Origin: Nitrospirales bacterium
GTDB lineage: Bacteria; Nitrospirota; Nitrospiria; Nitrospirales; UBA8639
NCBI GenBank assembly: GCA_965203295.1
Contig: CBDBCZ010000012.1
Location: forward strand, 320,001-384,000
DNA length: 64,000 bases
Direction of reading: 5' to 3'
In this document: positions 51,501-64,000 of the stretch, piece after piece
How the letters are laid out: the number at the start of each line of letters is the position of its first letter
Numbering within the stretch: position 1 is the first letter of the stretch
Position numbers and translations under genes: made by a program
Notes under the pieces: generated by a model
What the model was told of the DNA's origin: nothing
The model's database searches: none
What the model saw: only the letters and a program-made list of their open reading frames with translations

Positions 51501-54500
51501 AGATGATAGCTGGTAATGTTGATGTGAAGCAACCACTAATTCCAATCCACTCTTGACAGATTATTCTGAACGATTAGAGTATGTACATTTATGCTTGTTA
51601 TATCATAAAGACGATTAGAGTATATACATTTAGGCTTGTTACATCATGAAGACGTGTGTGGAGTGAAGAGTAACTCAGTGATCATCACATTATCAACACT
51701 GGCAGCTTACACATTATTTACTTTAAATGACAGAAAATTGTTTATACTTGAGGATTAGTCTATTGAGCTAGTCCCTCTTCTCACCCTTTACTGGAAAAAG
51801 GAGTTACCAGTCGGTGAGAAGAGGATCTAGCTCAATAGACTAACTTGGGAGTGTATCTACCAGCCTAACAATAATTCTCACCATCAGACCATACTGGGAG
51901 CTTGTTGTAGAGCTGTAGGAGATCTGTCATGTTGTTGGCGTTCCACCTTTCCAACAAAGAATCACTCTCCTAGGTGGAGAATAACAACGGTAGGTGTAAG
52001 CACTAAGGCACTGTGAGGCAGGAATGTTACTGAGCAATTTGCATGTGAGCTAAACGTTAGTAACTGAGGTACACAAACTTTAGGAAGATTCAACATTGTC
52101 GTCTGTCTGCTGTATTTTACTTGACAGTTCTACAGTTAACAGACTTCCATAGCAGTTCTGCAGTGCATCAGACATTTACTTCTCTTGTGATTTGGCCAAC
52201 AATTAGCTATGAGTCTAACGTAGGTGGCCGCACCAAACTATTATGTTCACAGCGCGTGTAAGGGGTTAAAAAATAGGTAGGCAAACAATTTGCAGAATAT
52301 GTACCATGTACACAAACATACGGGTTTGCGGTGGATACACAAAGGGGAGGGCTCGCTCACGCCCATCCCAATAATATTACTAGGTAGCACATACACATGC
52401 ATGATAACAGAAGCAGAAATAACTTATAGTGGCCTTGCATGTACGTTTACCTGCATTGGTCTAACTGGGATCCTTTTATGGTCTTGCGTCATTGCTGGAA
52501 TAATAACTGTCATCCTTCGTGGTCCTTTAAAACCCAGAACATTTGTTTCCTGGACAAAAGGAATTAAGGTCGAACTCCTATTCTATCAAGATTAAATACA
52601 AACTTTCAGCAAGGTTATTATTCACAGTTTGAATAGAGAGGATGATATGTATGTACATCAGTAGCTTATGTGGGCATGCTGGTAGCATCTGTGTTTAGCC
52701 AAAATAGAGGTAGGTTCAGGCTAGAGCTGTAGCTAACTTCCTTCATGCTTAGAACCGCTTCTGAGAGTAATTCACCACTTGTAGCTGGTCTTCTGTGTAG
52801 TGTTGACTTAGTTAACTGAAAATAATTGTTTTAGTAGAAGCAAAAACATATTTACAAGTAGTTAACTAGCTTTAAAGGGGGGGGGATATATGAATAAAAC
52901 ACTCCCAACTATAACTAGACTAATATTTTTCACCAAAATCAGCCCATTTAGTTACAGTTAAGTAATATTGAAAGAGTTTTAGTAGCCCTTTTAGTTGGCT
53001 AACGAAATAAACTATTGTTCTTTAATAGACTTATACTAACTAATTGTTTAAAGCTATACTAAATCAAAATGCTGGTGTGTAGGAATCATTGCCTGTATCT
53101 TACATAGTGCATTGCCATTTAAGGTCGTATCAAGCTCCTAAGTGCTTAAGTGGTAGCCTCGTTCCCAGGCCCGGGCCATTTTCGCGGGCCTGGGAACGAG
53201 GCTACTTAAGTGGTGCACTTGTTATAAGTCTCTTGGGACTATAAACAAATTGTGTTATAAAAACAATGCTTTGTTTTCCCTTTGATCTCAGTACAGCACA
53301 GCCTTAAGAAAATAAAGTCACCATGCACATTATGGAAAAAGGTGCACTCTTATCTTGAAAGGCTTCATACACTAAATGTACATTGTAATAAATAGGAAAG
53401 CGGAGACCTGATATATACATGTGGAAAACCATGTATGACATGATAAAGGCTTTTAAGAGTATACCATAAACTCTGGAGTACAAGTACAGGTACTTCTATT
53501 TGGAGATTGTGCATTTTCGTGGCACAGATTATGTGGGGTATTTATAATCATGGGGTATTTTTCAACGAGGTTAAATATATGGTAGTACAACAGTACACGC
53601 ATTAAACTTGTAGTTTTGGTTTTGATAGTCACTTCTGCGTTTTCACGACTTCACTGTACTCTGTGATTGTCATAGCAATGGTCTTACATGTGAGGGGTCT
53701 TTCTTTGCACTGAAGTGTATACTTGCGAGGCAGTTCTATGCCCCCCAACAGCCCATATGCCTTCTGATGTAGACCTAGGTGGACCCGATACGGTCCTTAT
53801 TATTCATGCTTAACTAGTTACACATGCACTGTTTATGCATCCCAGTTTTCTTAGTTGTCTGATGGGTACTTATATTCATTGGGTACTTTTATTTGCATGG
53901 GTACTACTATTCAAGAAGTGGATAGCAACTGGGTTCATGGGTACTTATATTCATAGGGTACTTGTATTTGATGGGTACTTATACTCCAGAGTTTATGGTA
54001 GAAAGTCTGGTTTACAAATTCCAAGGATATACAGGATAAGGTACACATCTGCCATAAAAACAATGGTGTTGCTAGCTATATATAGTAGATAAAAGTACGT
54101 GTACAGTTTTTTGTAAATGGGTTTAGAGTTCACTTACATAGTGTATAGCCGCTAGTTCCTGTCTCACATTAGAACCATCAGGCATGGCTCTTCCTTTATG
54201 GGGATTAATACCGCCATCAAAAATAGTGAATGATGTTCCAAGAAAGTTAGACCTAAAATGGATGGCAGGCAGACGGCATCAGATGGCATGTTGACAATTG
54301 AGGAATACAATGTGTGTGCCAGCTTCAAGTAGCACAGCAGATCAGCTTTTCCTTTGCGGCCATATGGATCATGCAGTCTTTTTCATGCTTGTTTTCTACA
54401 GTTGCTGATTCTTGTACAAGACTGTCTGTGGATGTGTCTTCCTAGAAATAGTCATAATGATATATCAATATTATTCATTTGCTACTCCATCTCTATGTAT

Positions 54501-57500
54501 TGTCCCGTGGAATATCCTGCGATATTCAACAGTTGTTATTTGATACTACAAGGGCGGTTACAGCTGTTGATAGCTGATTTTCAACTCCGCACAGTCAAAA
54601 TGAGAAGGCCATGATTGTTCATACAATGTAAGCACTAACATTTAACCAATGGCAATTCAGGCTGGAAGGCTACAGCTCCTTTCGTTCAAGAGATATATGT
54701 GAGCATACCTTCTATATCCCATGCTGTAATGCAACAAAACGCTTGGATTCTGGTGCATCATGGCAGCTGTACCCCATCTAATACTGTACGTGAATTGTAG
54801 TTCCCTTTGAACAGTAGCTGCGTGACACCAGCAGTAATGGGAGGTCATGCATTAACAGTCGAAAGGAGATAACAGAAACCTACATAACTGAATTAAACTA
54901 CTGCAGTAGACTGATGGTAGCTAAGTGTTCAAAGTGAACTGAAATCTACAGTATTTATATGCAGTTCATTCATAATATTGGTGAGTTACATGTTACATAA
55001 ACTAAACTTCTGTGTGCTAATTAGAATCCCCCTTCTTGAATCTAGAGCAATCTTAGTACAGTGAAAAGTGGGTAATAACCAATTATTGCAGGAGTGAGAA
55101 AGTAAAATTTGGCTGGATACTGCACCAGTGGGCAGATGCATCTTCTGAGCTGAAGGGGAGTGAAAATGCTGCTTGCAAGTGCAATATCCAGCCACTTTCA
55201 CTTTCACAAGTGTAATTCTATATGCAGGCACACAACAAACATTTTACATGCAATAGAGGTACCTATGGGCACAGCCAACTGCTTCATGACCAACCACTTA
55301 CTTTTCCCCCTAAGTTCAGACTGTACTCTCTCTACTACAATATTCAGGATGGTGATTATATCGTACCTAAGCTTTCCAATGAAATTAATCCCATCTCGAG
55401 AAAGATCTGTTGGGTCAGTGGAAATAACGTAGTTTGATGAGCGACTTTTTTTCCGTTTACGAGCAGCCAGTAGAAATATCTGCGAAATAGAGAGGACACA
55501 TTACATACAGCACTAGAAATAATGGTGAGCAGAGCAGGTAGCAATCATCAGATATTTGCTATATAGGTGCCATGTGGACAGACAAACAAACAAACAATTG
55601 AATGGTCGGACAGAACATAAATCACCATTCAGTACACTAGTGTGGGTCTCACACAGGCTCACCATAACAAGATACAGCAAGCTCATATCACTATTTTCAG
55701 CACATGCAATGTAGTAACTAGGTACACGCAAGCGCACTATGCCTCGCGGACATCATTGTACCGCCGGAGCTACGTATGTAGCCAAGCTGGGGCTCTGCCC
55801 TCGAATACATGTGGGACGACTATTTTTGCGAGTAAGCCAGTTGCAAGTATAGCAGTTGAAAGAGATTACTAGCCATGACAAAACGACTGGCATCCAGGCG
55901 AATGACGTCTGTATCTACAACATTTTCCCAAGGAGCAGCCACAGCTGCTGCAGGAGAGACCTGGCTGTACTGCTAACTCATAAGTGCACGGTTCATTTGA
56001 TCAATAGTGCCATCCGTCTTCAGTGCTCGTGTCTCTACTGATACAGCAGCTACACAAATTCTGCTAACCTGACAGCTGTAGTAAGCTTTCCTAGATAAAA
56101 ACTCTGTATCAGACTCGACCAGACCTCTGACTGTTTGTGCGCCGTGAGTTTGAACACGGTATGCAGGTACAGTGATGCCATTTTGAATCTCGGGGGGGGG
56201 GGGGGGGGGGGGGGCCACCGTGGCCCAAAACATGACGGACATGCTATGAAATATATAAATCATGGCCAGGAGGTGTATATCAGTGATATACCACCAGTGG
56301 AGGAGGTTTTTGGGAATATATACTGTGAGGGCCGCAGGCCCGAGGGGTATATTGCCAGAAACCTCCGAACACCAGCAGGTGGTATAGCAATGATATTCAC
56401 CGATTGGACATGGTTCATATGTTATACACCATGTCGAATTTTGATGAGGTGTACATCCACTTGCTGTTTCCATAGCAACATGGTATGTCTACATATATAT
56501 ATAAACGCTAGCTCAGATTTTGAGCCTGTAGGACGCGATTATAGGCCTCGCTGCGCTCGGCAATAAAGCTAATAATATAACATGTCTGGATTGTATATTA
56601 CTGATACCAAGCAGAACTAGATTACCTTTTCCCCACTATCCTCCCTCTCCAAGTGCAGAAAGTACGTTGGAAACATTGATTTGTCCATGCCATGCTTGTC
56701 TCTGGTAACTCTGCATTTGATTGTAGTGCCTTCTGGTGCAGGTCTACGGAAGGTCATAAACACAGTTTCAGGCATGGTAAACATTAAACTGTAGCACTAC
56801 ACAGCATAAACAAAGATGCATGGTACCAGTTTGCTTTTGTTACAGAACATGTACACGCATTTAGATATAAGGGTAAGTGGCTGCAAAGCATTGTGCTAAT
56901 GGCTTCATATGCAGCTGCTTTGTCCATGGTACAAGAAGAGGCTACAAATATGTATGTGGCTAATCACCTTTCACACAGTCTAGTTGAAATATTGATATAT
57001 AAATTTTGTTCGCTAATTAACAGTGGTTATGTAGGTCAATCCTGTCATTGAATGGTCTGCAGGCATGGTTTGTATATCTGAATTGGTATGATTAGAGGTA
57101 TAAATAATGTAGCCGTAGTAAAGTAGACGTGTATAGCCAAACCACTTGGCATGGGTATGTGCAAATACATGCACACATACAGAACTGCCCAACACATTAA
57201 AGCAGGCAGGAAGGTTAGTAGAGCATTATTATTGTAGCCAAATCCATATAATTCGCTCCGATGAACTTCTTCAGCTGTGATACAAGCAAACATTAATACT
57301 AGTGCTAGCATATAATTATGTGTTAAAACTGTGCCCTAGATAGAAACAGGAAACGAAATAGTCAGGTGATCACTGAGTTCCAGGTCTGATTATAACGGTA
57401 GCCACTGTCCAGGTTCATGCTGGCATTGGTTCTTCTGATGTTCAGGGTTTCCTCGACCTTCTCTTCATCCTAAAAGACTCACTCTCCACCACTATAGACC

Positions 57501-60500
57501 ATTCCCTTAGAATCCGGTGGTTGCGCTGGTTGCATGAACAGCAATGTCATTGTTGGGGTCGCCACAGGCAACTGCGTATTTCAGTCTGGTTTCCAGGGTC
57601 CTGCCAGTCTCCCCATGTAACTCTCACTACATTCACAAGAGACTCATACATGAGCCCTTTCATCTGCTCCATTCGTAGTTTACCCTTCAATCTTGTGAGG
57701 GGGCTCCTTAGTGCTCGTTTTGCTGAGAAAGCCACCTGGACTCCAATCCCTCAACATTCCCATTGTATGTGCTCACTCATTCCTTTAACGTAATGGAGGC
57801 AACGGGTTTTAGGCCATTCGTGTGGTTGTTGTGACGGTGGTGCCTCTTCGTCATTCCCCTCCGATTCGTTTTAAGTATGTTCCATACCAGAGGTTGTGGG
57901 TAGCCTTTCTTGATGAAAACCTCCTCAAGGTACTTGAGTTCATTGGTCAGTGATGCCTCAATGCATATCTTCTCTGCACGATCCTGCAAGCATGAGATGA
58001 TGCCTGTCTTTGTCTGGGGCCTCTCTGGGGGTGGTGGTTGGAAGTTAAGTGAAGATACTGATCCGTGTGGGTATTCCTCCTGCAGACACTTGTTTTCAGT
58101 CTCCTATCATCCCCTATGACTGTCACATTCTGCAAGAAGGGTATATCTCCCTCTTTCTTCCAGCTCCAATGTGATATATTTCGAATGTTCTAGGAATATC
58201 TCAAGACTCTCCGCACCATACGTACAAACTAGGAATGTGTTGTCCTCGTATTGCACCCAAAAGGAGGGTTTGTCATTGCTTTGGTTAATGGCTAGAGGTT
58301 TAAAATGCTCCATGAACAAGTTGGCCATCAAAGGTGATAGGGGGGATCCCTCAGCTGCACCTGTAGTCTGTTCATACGATTTCCCTTCAAATCGAAAGTG
58401 TCGATCTCAAATAGAACTCTGTTAACTGGCACAAAGTCTGTTTTGACATTGTAGTTCGCTCCTCCAGATCATCATCCAACCCCAAACTTGCTGCCAACAC
58501 ATCTATGGCTTCATCTACAGGTACTCGTGTGAACAAGCTCTTGATGTCAAAACTAACCATAAGATCAAAATTTCGGAGTTCGATACCGCTGATCTTCTCC
58601 ACAAAGTAAGCTGAATTCTTCATAAAAGACTGTCTTTCCTACCAGAGACTAAAATGTGACAAGATGTGGGCCAATTCTCTTTGGCAAGGGGGTAAGCAAA
58701 TGAGCCTATCGTAGACACTATGGGTCGGAGAGGGGTTCTGTATCTTGGGAAGGTCACATAACTGTGGAGGCATGTTGTTGTTAGGATCCAGTTTCTTCAC
58801 AGCACTTCATTCATTTGGTGTTCCAACTTGCGGGTTGTATCCTTGTTTAGGAGGTTGTAACTTTCGATTTTTGCAATTCTCTCGGTACACATTTCTCTTC
58901 AGTACCACTGTCACATTCCTCTTGTCAGCCAGCAAAGACTACTATGCTCTCATCACCCCTGAAGTAGTGAGAGGTACATTGGCTAGGGGAGACTGACGGG
59001 ACCCTGGAATCCAGACTGAAAGAACATATGTACGTATGCAGTGGCCTGCGGTGGCTCCAACAATGGCATTGCTGTTCATGTGAACCAGCACAACAACCTG
59101 GGAACAGTCCAAGGTGGTGGAGAGAGAGGCTTTCTGGATGAAGAGGAAGGTCCAGGAAGCCCTGAACATCAGGAGAACCAATCCCACTATGAATCTGGAC
59201 AGTGACTACCATTATGATCAGACTTGGAACTCAGTCACCACCTGACTTGTTCCACTTCCTGCTTCTATCTAGAGCACACTTTTGGCACGTACATGTATAC
59301 ACTAGCACTAGTATTTGCTTGTATCATAGCTGAAGAAGCTCCTCGGAGCGAAGCGTCCTGAATTGTACGGATTTAGCTAACCTTCCTACTTGCTATTAAT
59401 ACAACGTAGCAATGAGCCTCTACTCTGACTCTAACATAAAGGCAGGGCTTGACCCGATAATATGCGGCTGCTCCAATCAGGTTTCCTCCAATAATTGAAA
59501 ATGTGGACATGCTGCATACATGTCCTAGCATAATAACTACTTACTGCATCACAAATTCTTTGAGGTTGTCAATCTCACCACTGCACCCTACTGCTCCAAG
59601 GTGCTCCAAGGACTGTGGTAGTATAAAATCACAATAAGATCTACTGTATACTTCCTTCTTAAATAAACATCGTAAATGCATCATATACTTATATAATTTA
59701 TGAGTGAAGGGACTACAGGAATGAGCTTCTGTTCATGTTAAACAGTGACAAGTAAGCATAGTGAAAGAGGGGATACTTGAAACCATACATTAAACCTTCA
59801 ATTGTGGAAAAGAGTTTCTTACAATGAAAGTTGCAACCATGGCGATTTACAGCCTAGCTAGGGCTTTTACGTATCTAATAAAGTGACCAACACCATAAGT
59901 GTACGCAATACAACTACATGACTAATGAATAGGGGCAAACTTTGTAGCTATTGGTAGGCATTCAGTAACCACACTCCTCAGCCTCTGTGTAGAAAAGCGA
60001 CGAACCAAGGCAATCGTTATAAATACCATTGTATATGGCCTTTCACTGTACATTAAAATTGACTACATGTTGCTCAATGTTGCTCAATGTTCCTATAATC
60101 TTAAATGCAAGGGTTCAGGAACATTCTTCACTACCCCTTGGGGTAAATGGAAATATATGTGGACAGAAAACTCTCTGACTGGCGACACACTTATTTGCCA
60201 ACAATTACAGTTCACAGTTCTTGTGTTTGAGCCAATGACCATCTCTGCAGAAATTTGCACGTAAGGTTCCTACTATGCAGTATATGATATCATGGTACAT
60301 GTACAATTGGCATATTCTAGGAACACACTTATGTGTTATACTTTCGCAAGGGTGAGAATGGCCTCTGTAGCAAACCAATTCCCTCTAAATAGATACATAG
60401 AGAACAGACCTATAGTCTTGACAACATCAGGAAACTTGTGTCATGCAGTCACTACTACTGGCATGGGCAGTATGTTTGCGAGAAGCAGCCATACTGATAC

Positions 60501-63500
60501 ATGTATGTACTCAAAATTAAGCCATCAATGCATACATTTTGCTTAATGTTCTTGTTAGAGTGGCCCAATTTCAAGTTTAGGGTGTTGGGGGAATTTCAGT
60601 TACTAAAAATGGGCTCTTCTTCTACATACTTCCTACCTTAGTCTCATATGTAGCTCCATCTGTGTGGCTAGGACTCAAACCATCAGACTTCACAGTAGTG
60701 GGATCCCTGCTGCGGGATGAATTTGAAGCTGCTAGAGGGTTAACAAAAACTTCACCTGAAGGAGAGAAAAACACCAACAACACACAACCACTGTAATGAA
60801 CTGCACAGAGTGAAGATCTGCTATACTCTAGGCATGCACATGCCCAAAATAGTAATGGAGCTATAATACCATGCATGTAGTGGGTATAGTGTCAATCTTT
60901 ACATTGCATTCCAAGTAAATATATTGTTGGCAGTATAGTAGAAACCTCTCATGCAAACATTCAGCAGAACAAAGAGGTCTACTAGCTATAGTATGAACCA
61001 AATTAGTCACAGCTGCTGCAAGCCCACACATAAAGGATGTAGCTAGTTAATGAATGTCATACGTAACTATGTATGTGTCATGACAAGAATGAAGTCAATG
61101 TAGTCGACATAAACATTTGTAAACTCATGACCCTCCGGAAACATTTCCAGTGATGTGACTGTGCTCATTCATATATATAACAATCACGCCTGTCATGGTA
61201 CCTTTATTATGCGTATAATGGAAGAAGTTAGCCAACTAAAACCGTCAAGAGGTAGCGATAGTAAAGGTTGTAGCACCCAGAGTAACAATGGTTATATTTT
61301 AATGTTTTTGGCTACTACTCTACAAGCTCTATGGCCGTACGTATTTTCATGTATCTGAAATGTGTAGTGTTGCATACTGTATAGCTACAAAAATGTGCTG
61401 AAAATGGATCATCAGAGATATGACAGGTGAAAGGAAGACAGTAATCTATACAGCTTCTAAGGCTACCTGGAGCAATGAACAGAAGCAGAAGTATTAATTT
61501 GGAATGTACATGTACCATAGTTTTGGAACTGGAAAACATTCCTTCCAGCACTGCTCTAGCCCTTGTAGTTGCACCTCTGCAGCTGTTTCTCCACATACTG
61601 AGAATCGGGATAAGCACTGGTGCCTGTTTTCGAAATTAGTAGCCTGAACGGTGCTTATATTCACAGTGTGCTTATACTGGTGGGGTGCTTTTACTCGCGA
61701 TATAGCTTCGTTCCCAGGCTCCCCTCATGTGCACTCGCGAAAATTGAGGTATCTTTCCCTAACCCTAAATTTTCGCGAGTGCATGTGGGGGGAGCCTGGG
61801 AATGAGGCTACTCGCGATACATAAAATAGGCAGAGGCTTCCAGCTGTAAAAGTGCTGCAAGCAGAGGCTATGAGTGCCTATTCATGTAGGGTGCCTATTC
61901 TTGTACGGGTGCTTACTATCGGGATATAGTTGTTGTAATCTAATTGGGTGATTATATTCATGGGATGCTTATTTTCGATGTTATCCCGATTCTACGTTAT
62001 TTTGTATAGCTCCACACCAGTTCAAGTAGAGAGTGGCTTGCAATTGCATACAGCTAATCACCAAGTTACAGGTGCCTTCTCACTTAAGTAGAAGCAAACA
62101 ATATGCTTCAGTCCATACCAATATTGTGACGAGACAGAGACTACCCTTTCATTCTATATCCCATTTTATCACAATCTTTGAATGGTGCAAATGGCACTAC
62201 ATAAAGGAGGTATTGCAACAGTGATTGTACTTAAGCTCTGGAATTGATACCAAGAAAAGTCTGTGTAAACCTTACTAACCATCACTGCCACCACTGTCAT
62301 AGTCCAGCGAAGCACTAAGTCCTAGTGCAGCCAGTTTAGCTGCAGTGTTGGTCTGTGTGTTTGTGAAAGTAAAAGTGCACATAAAGACTATAGAATACCT
62401 ACATGCACAGTGAAGTATCAACTGTACTTGCTGGTTAGTCATAATACTGCTGGTAAGGCTGAAGCTTATAAAACTGGATAGGAGAAGCCTGCTGGAGTAC
62501 ATAACACCAAATCTATAATCGTCAATGATTTAATTATCTATACACTGAATAGCAGAAAAAACGTTACTATGCACACCTTCTTTTCGTCCTTTTGGTGAGA
62601 AACAAGAGGCTGTATACCACCTGTTAATTCAGTGGGGCTTGAAGAGGTAGCAATTGGAGAAACGAGAGGGCGACACTCATACGGCTGTGTATCTTGCAGA
62701 AGCTCCTCACTGGGTACTGTGCACAAAAGCAAAATTACATCATCTATAAATGTTTCAAACCAATCTGGACCTCATCCCAATCTGGATCTTGCCCGGTTTT
62801 AGAACCAGATGACTGGTTCAAGGAAAACTAGCTAGCACTTGCCTAGACAGTTCCAGCTGTTGTATATACATTAAAGTTTCAGAAAAATCACTAAAAATGG
62901 AAGAGCATGTGGGATGGAACCGTAAAAAAGTAACCGAACAAGGTAGGAATGACACCACAGAACTTTCACGGATTGCCATCCCTAAATCTTGCCAACCACA
63001 CACATACACACACCACAATCCCCTCCATCCCACATCAACCATATTCATATCCAATTATTGCATTAGACTCCACTGGAATTTATCCTTAGCAGTACCCTAC
63101 ACTCCCTTCAACATACCAAAACTTCCATATTCATCAGCGTGGGTGATTGTAGCTAATTACATTGCAACCCTACCAGCCACATTCACAAATATAGGATATA
63201 TTATAAGTACTTCACAACAGGCATTACATGCATATGTACAACATATCCTCTACATGCACTATCTACACAGCGCTCCCTTCCTCACAGACAACTACTGTTG
63301 CCATTAGCCACACTACAGAATCGCACAGCTACACGCAGTGACCAACATCATAAGAACAGCTGTTTAGATGCATGTACATCGATTAGCTCATACATGTATA
63401 ATGATTAAGTAGCAAATGAACAGCACAGTAAAGAATAGTGAGCACATCAAAGACTCTATCAAGTGAGTGCTATGCTTCCCAGAGTAAACAGACACACATA

Positions 63501-64000
63501 CAGCTGGAATTGGCAGTGTGCGCTGACTGCTCTAAGGAGTATCTTCTTTCTGGTTACTCCACTGAAGAAGTGATGTCCTAATTCATTGGTAGGACAAACA
63601 TTACAAGGTAGAAGCAGCCTTTGCTTGATCGAAGCGCAAGTTTAACAGTCTTAGCATTCAGTTGCATGCATGTGTCTTACATGTACATGTAAGTAGTACC
63701 AGACAACATATGATACGTAAGTGCTTCAAGGCCTTCTCAATGATTGTTCTCCATAGAGATAAAACAGATCTGCTTGGGACGGCCTGGATACAAAGCTACA
63801 TGTGGTCCTGTCATTAGGACTTGAGAAGATACGAAGCCTAAACTGCTTTCTAAACACACAGAGCTACACGTACATGTACCTCTACAACACACATTGTTCT
63901 GTCTCTATTGGACTTACCATTCTCTATTACAGGGGAGCTATCCACACTGCTTTCTACAGTAGTGACAGAATCCACAGGAGCTTTGCTAGAGGGGCGAAGG
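48417..64000 (-). CDS. TUB: Tubby-family (TUB/TULP) gene, 12 visible coding exons, 5' end beyond the window
   Basis: Hand-spliced exons (all GT-AG, phases consistent): 63918-64000+, 62577-62716, 62280-62352, 60637-60755, 59545-59612, 56626-56743, 55367-55479, 54138-54252, 52451-52549, 51882-51969, 51275-51358, 48417-48550. The product has a low-complexity N-terminus, then a full Tub domain: [16 protein letters not shown]...[19 protein letters not shown]...[12 protein letters not shown]...[18 protein letters not shown]...[18 protein letters not shown]...QFGR...FDSKLACE*. Confidence 0.96.
48906..49177. mobile_element. Academ(H)-type MITE
   Basis: TAGTCTATC...GATAGACTA termini with a perfect 9-bp TSD GAAGAGATT. 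Confidence 0.85.
49508..51161. mobile_element. 1.65-kb TAG...CTA non-autonomous element with nested palindromic MITE (50757-50971)
   Basis: TIR TAGAGTAAGTAACTGGTGATCAG / CTGATCATCGGTTACTTACTCTA; flanks GCTA/GTTA. Confidence 0.75.
51275..51358 (-). CDS. TUB: Tubby exon
   Basis: [28 protein letters not shown]; phase 1-1. Confidence 0.96.
51756..51842. mobile_element. Academ-type hairpin MITE
   Basis: TAGTCTATTGAGCTAG...CTAGCTCAATAGACTA. Confidence 0.75.
51882..51969 (-). CDS. TUB: Tubby exon
   Basis: [29 protein letters not shown]; phase 0-1. Confidence 0.94.
52451..52549 (-). CDS. TUB: Tubby exon
   Basis: [33 protein letters not shown]; phase 0-0. Confidence 0.96.
53154..53204. mobile_element. 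Academ(H)-type mini-MITE
   Basis: TAGCCTCGTTCCCAGGC...GCCTGGGAACGAGGCTA with TSD CTTAAGTGG. Confidence 0.85.
53464..53998. mobile_element. Tc1/mariner (pogo-type) MITE
   Basis: TA-CCATAAACTCTGGAGTA...TACTCCAGAGTTTATGG-TA; internal GGGTACTTATATTCAT repeats; related element ~61597-61998. Confidence 0.8.
54138..54252 (-). CDS. TUB: Tubby exon
   Basis: [38 protein letters not shown]; phase 2-0. Confidence 0.96.
55367..55479 (-). CDS. TUB: Tubby exon
   Basis: [38 protein letters not shown]; phase 0-2. Confidence 0.96.
56626..56743 (-). CDS. TUB: Tubby exon
   Basis: [39 protein letters not shown]; phase 2-0. Confidence 0.96.
57196..59400 (-). mobile_element. Penelope-like retroelement (RT + GIY-YIG remnant) with inverted terminal repeat, in a Tubby intron
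   Basis: [45 protein letters not shown] and [13 protein letters not shown] motifs, frameshifted. 57196-57640 and ~58960-59400 are diverged inverted copies of the 3' end. Confidence 0.92.
59325..59362 (+). ncRNA. Hammerhead-ribozyme-like motif, degenerate
   Basis: CTGAAGA-a-GCTCC-tc-GGAGC-GAAG-CGTC: core box 1, stem II, GAAA>GAAG, GTC site; located in a Penelope terminal repeat. Confidence 0.6.
59545..59612 (-). CDS. TUB: Tubby exon
   Basis: [23 protein letters not shown] leading into PAP; phase 0-2. Confidence 0.9.
60637..60755 (-). CDS. TUB: Tubby N-terminal region exon
   Basis: [40 protein letters not shown]; pyrimidine tract plus AG, GT donor, phase 1-0. Confidence 0.8.
61702..61810. 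mobile_element. Academ(H)-type MITE nested in a pogo-type MITE
   Basis: Same TIR family; TSD CTCGCGATA. Confidence 0.85.
62280..62352 (-). CDS. TUB: Tubby N-terminal region exon
   Basis: [24 protein letters not shown]; phase 0-1. Confidence 0.78.
62577..62716 (-). CDS. TUB: Tubby N-terminal region exon
   Basis: [47 protein letters not shown]; phase 1-0. Confidence 0.78.
63918..64000 (-). CDS. TUB: Tubby N-terminal exon, truncated by the window edge
   Basis: [27 protein letters not shown] then G|gtaagt donor; phase 1 matches the next exon. Confidence 0.72.

Noticed and set aside
55973..56566. 166-aa and 143-aa ORFs with poly-Pro/Gly
   Set aside because: They arise from a G homopolymer plus a MITE inside a Tubby intron.
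1..64000. tRNA, rRNA or prokaryotic/viral systems
   Set aside because: None recognised by eye; tRNAscan-SE and Infernal would be needed to exclude small RNAs.

Overview
Eukaryotic, intron-rich animal DNA, not prokaryotic. Short exons, marine-invertebrate-type MITEs and abundant TACATGTA suggest a sponge-like invertebrate (inference). The right quarter (48417 to beyond 64000, minus strand) holds one intact multi-exon Tubby/TULP gene. I could splice 12 exons by hand with GT-AG boundaries and consistent phases; the 5' end is outside the window. The left ~45 kb is a run of decayed, intron-containing gene remnants: kinesin motor, TRAPPC13, Mind bomb, probable TRAPPC11, a NIDO/EGF protein and two unidentified divergent genes. 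These carry stops, frameshifts or broken splice sites. Mobile DNA is dense: Academ-type TAG...CTA MITEs with 9-bp TSDs, Kolobok-type and piggyBac-type TTAA elements, pogo-type MITEs, Helentron-like elements, truncated non-LTR LINE copies, and a Penelope-like element with an inverted terminal repeat and a hammerhead-like motif. Most interesting: (1) one 395-bp exon-bearing host segment boxed by two unrelated TIR pairs; (2) a ~770-bp inverted repeat enclosing a putative bidirectional promoter; (3) paralogue comparisons showing TA-to-TACATGTA/TAAGCTTA changes consistent with transposon excision footprints. Protein family calls come from recalled motifs, not database searches. Most ORF-track entries are spurious.
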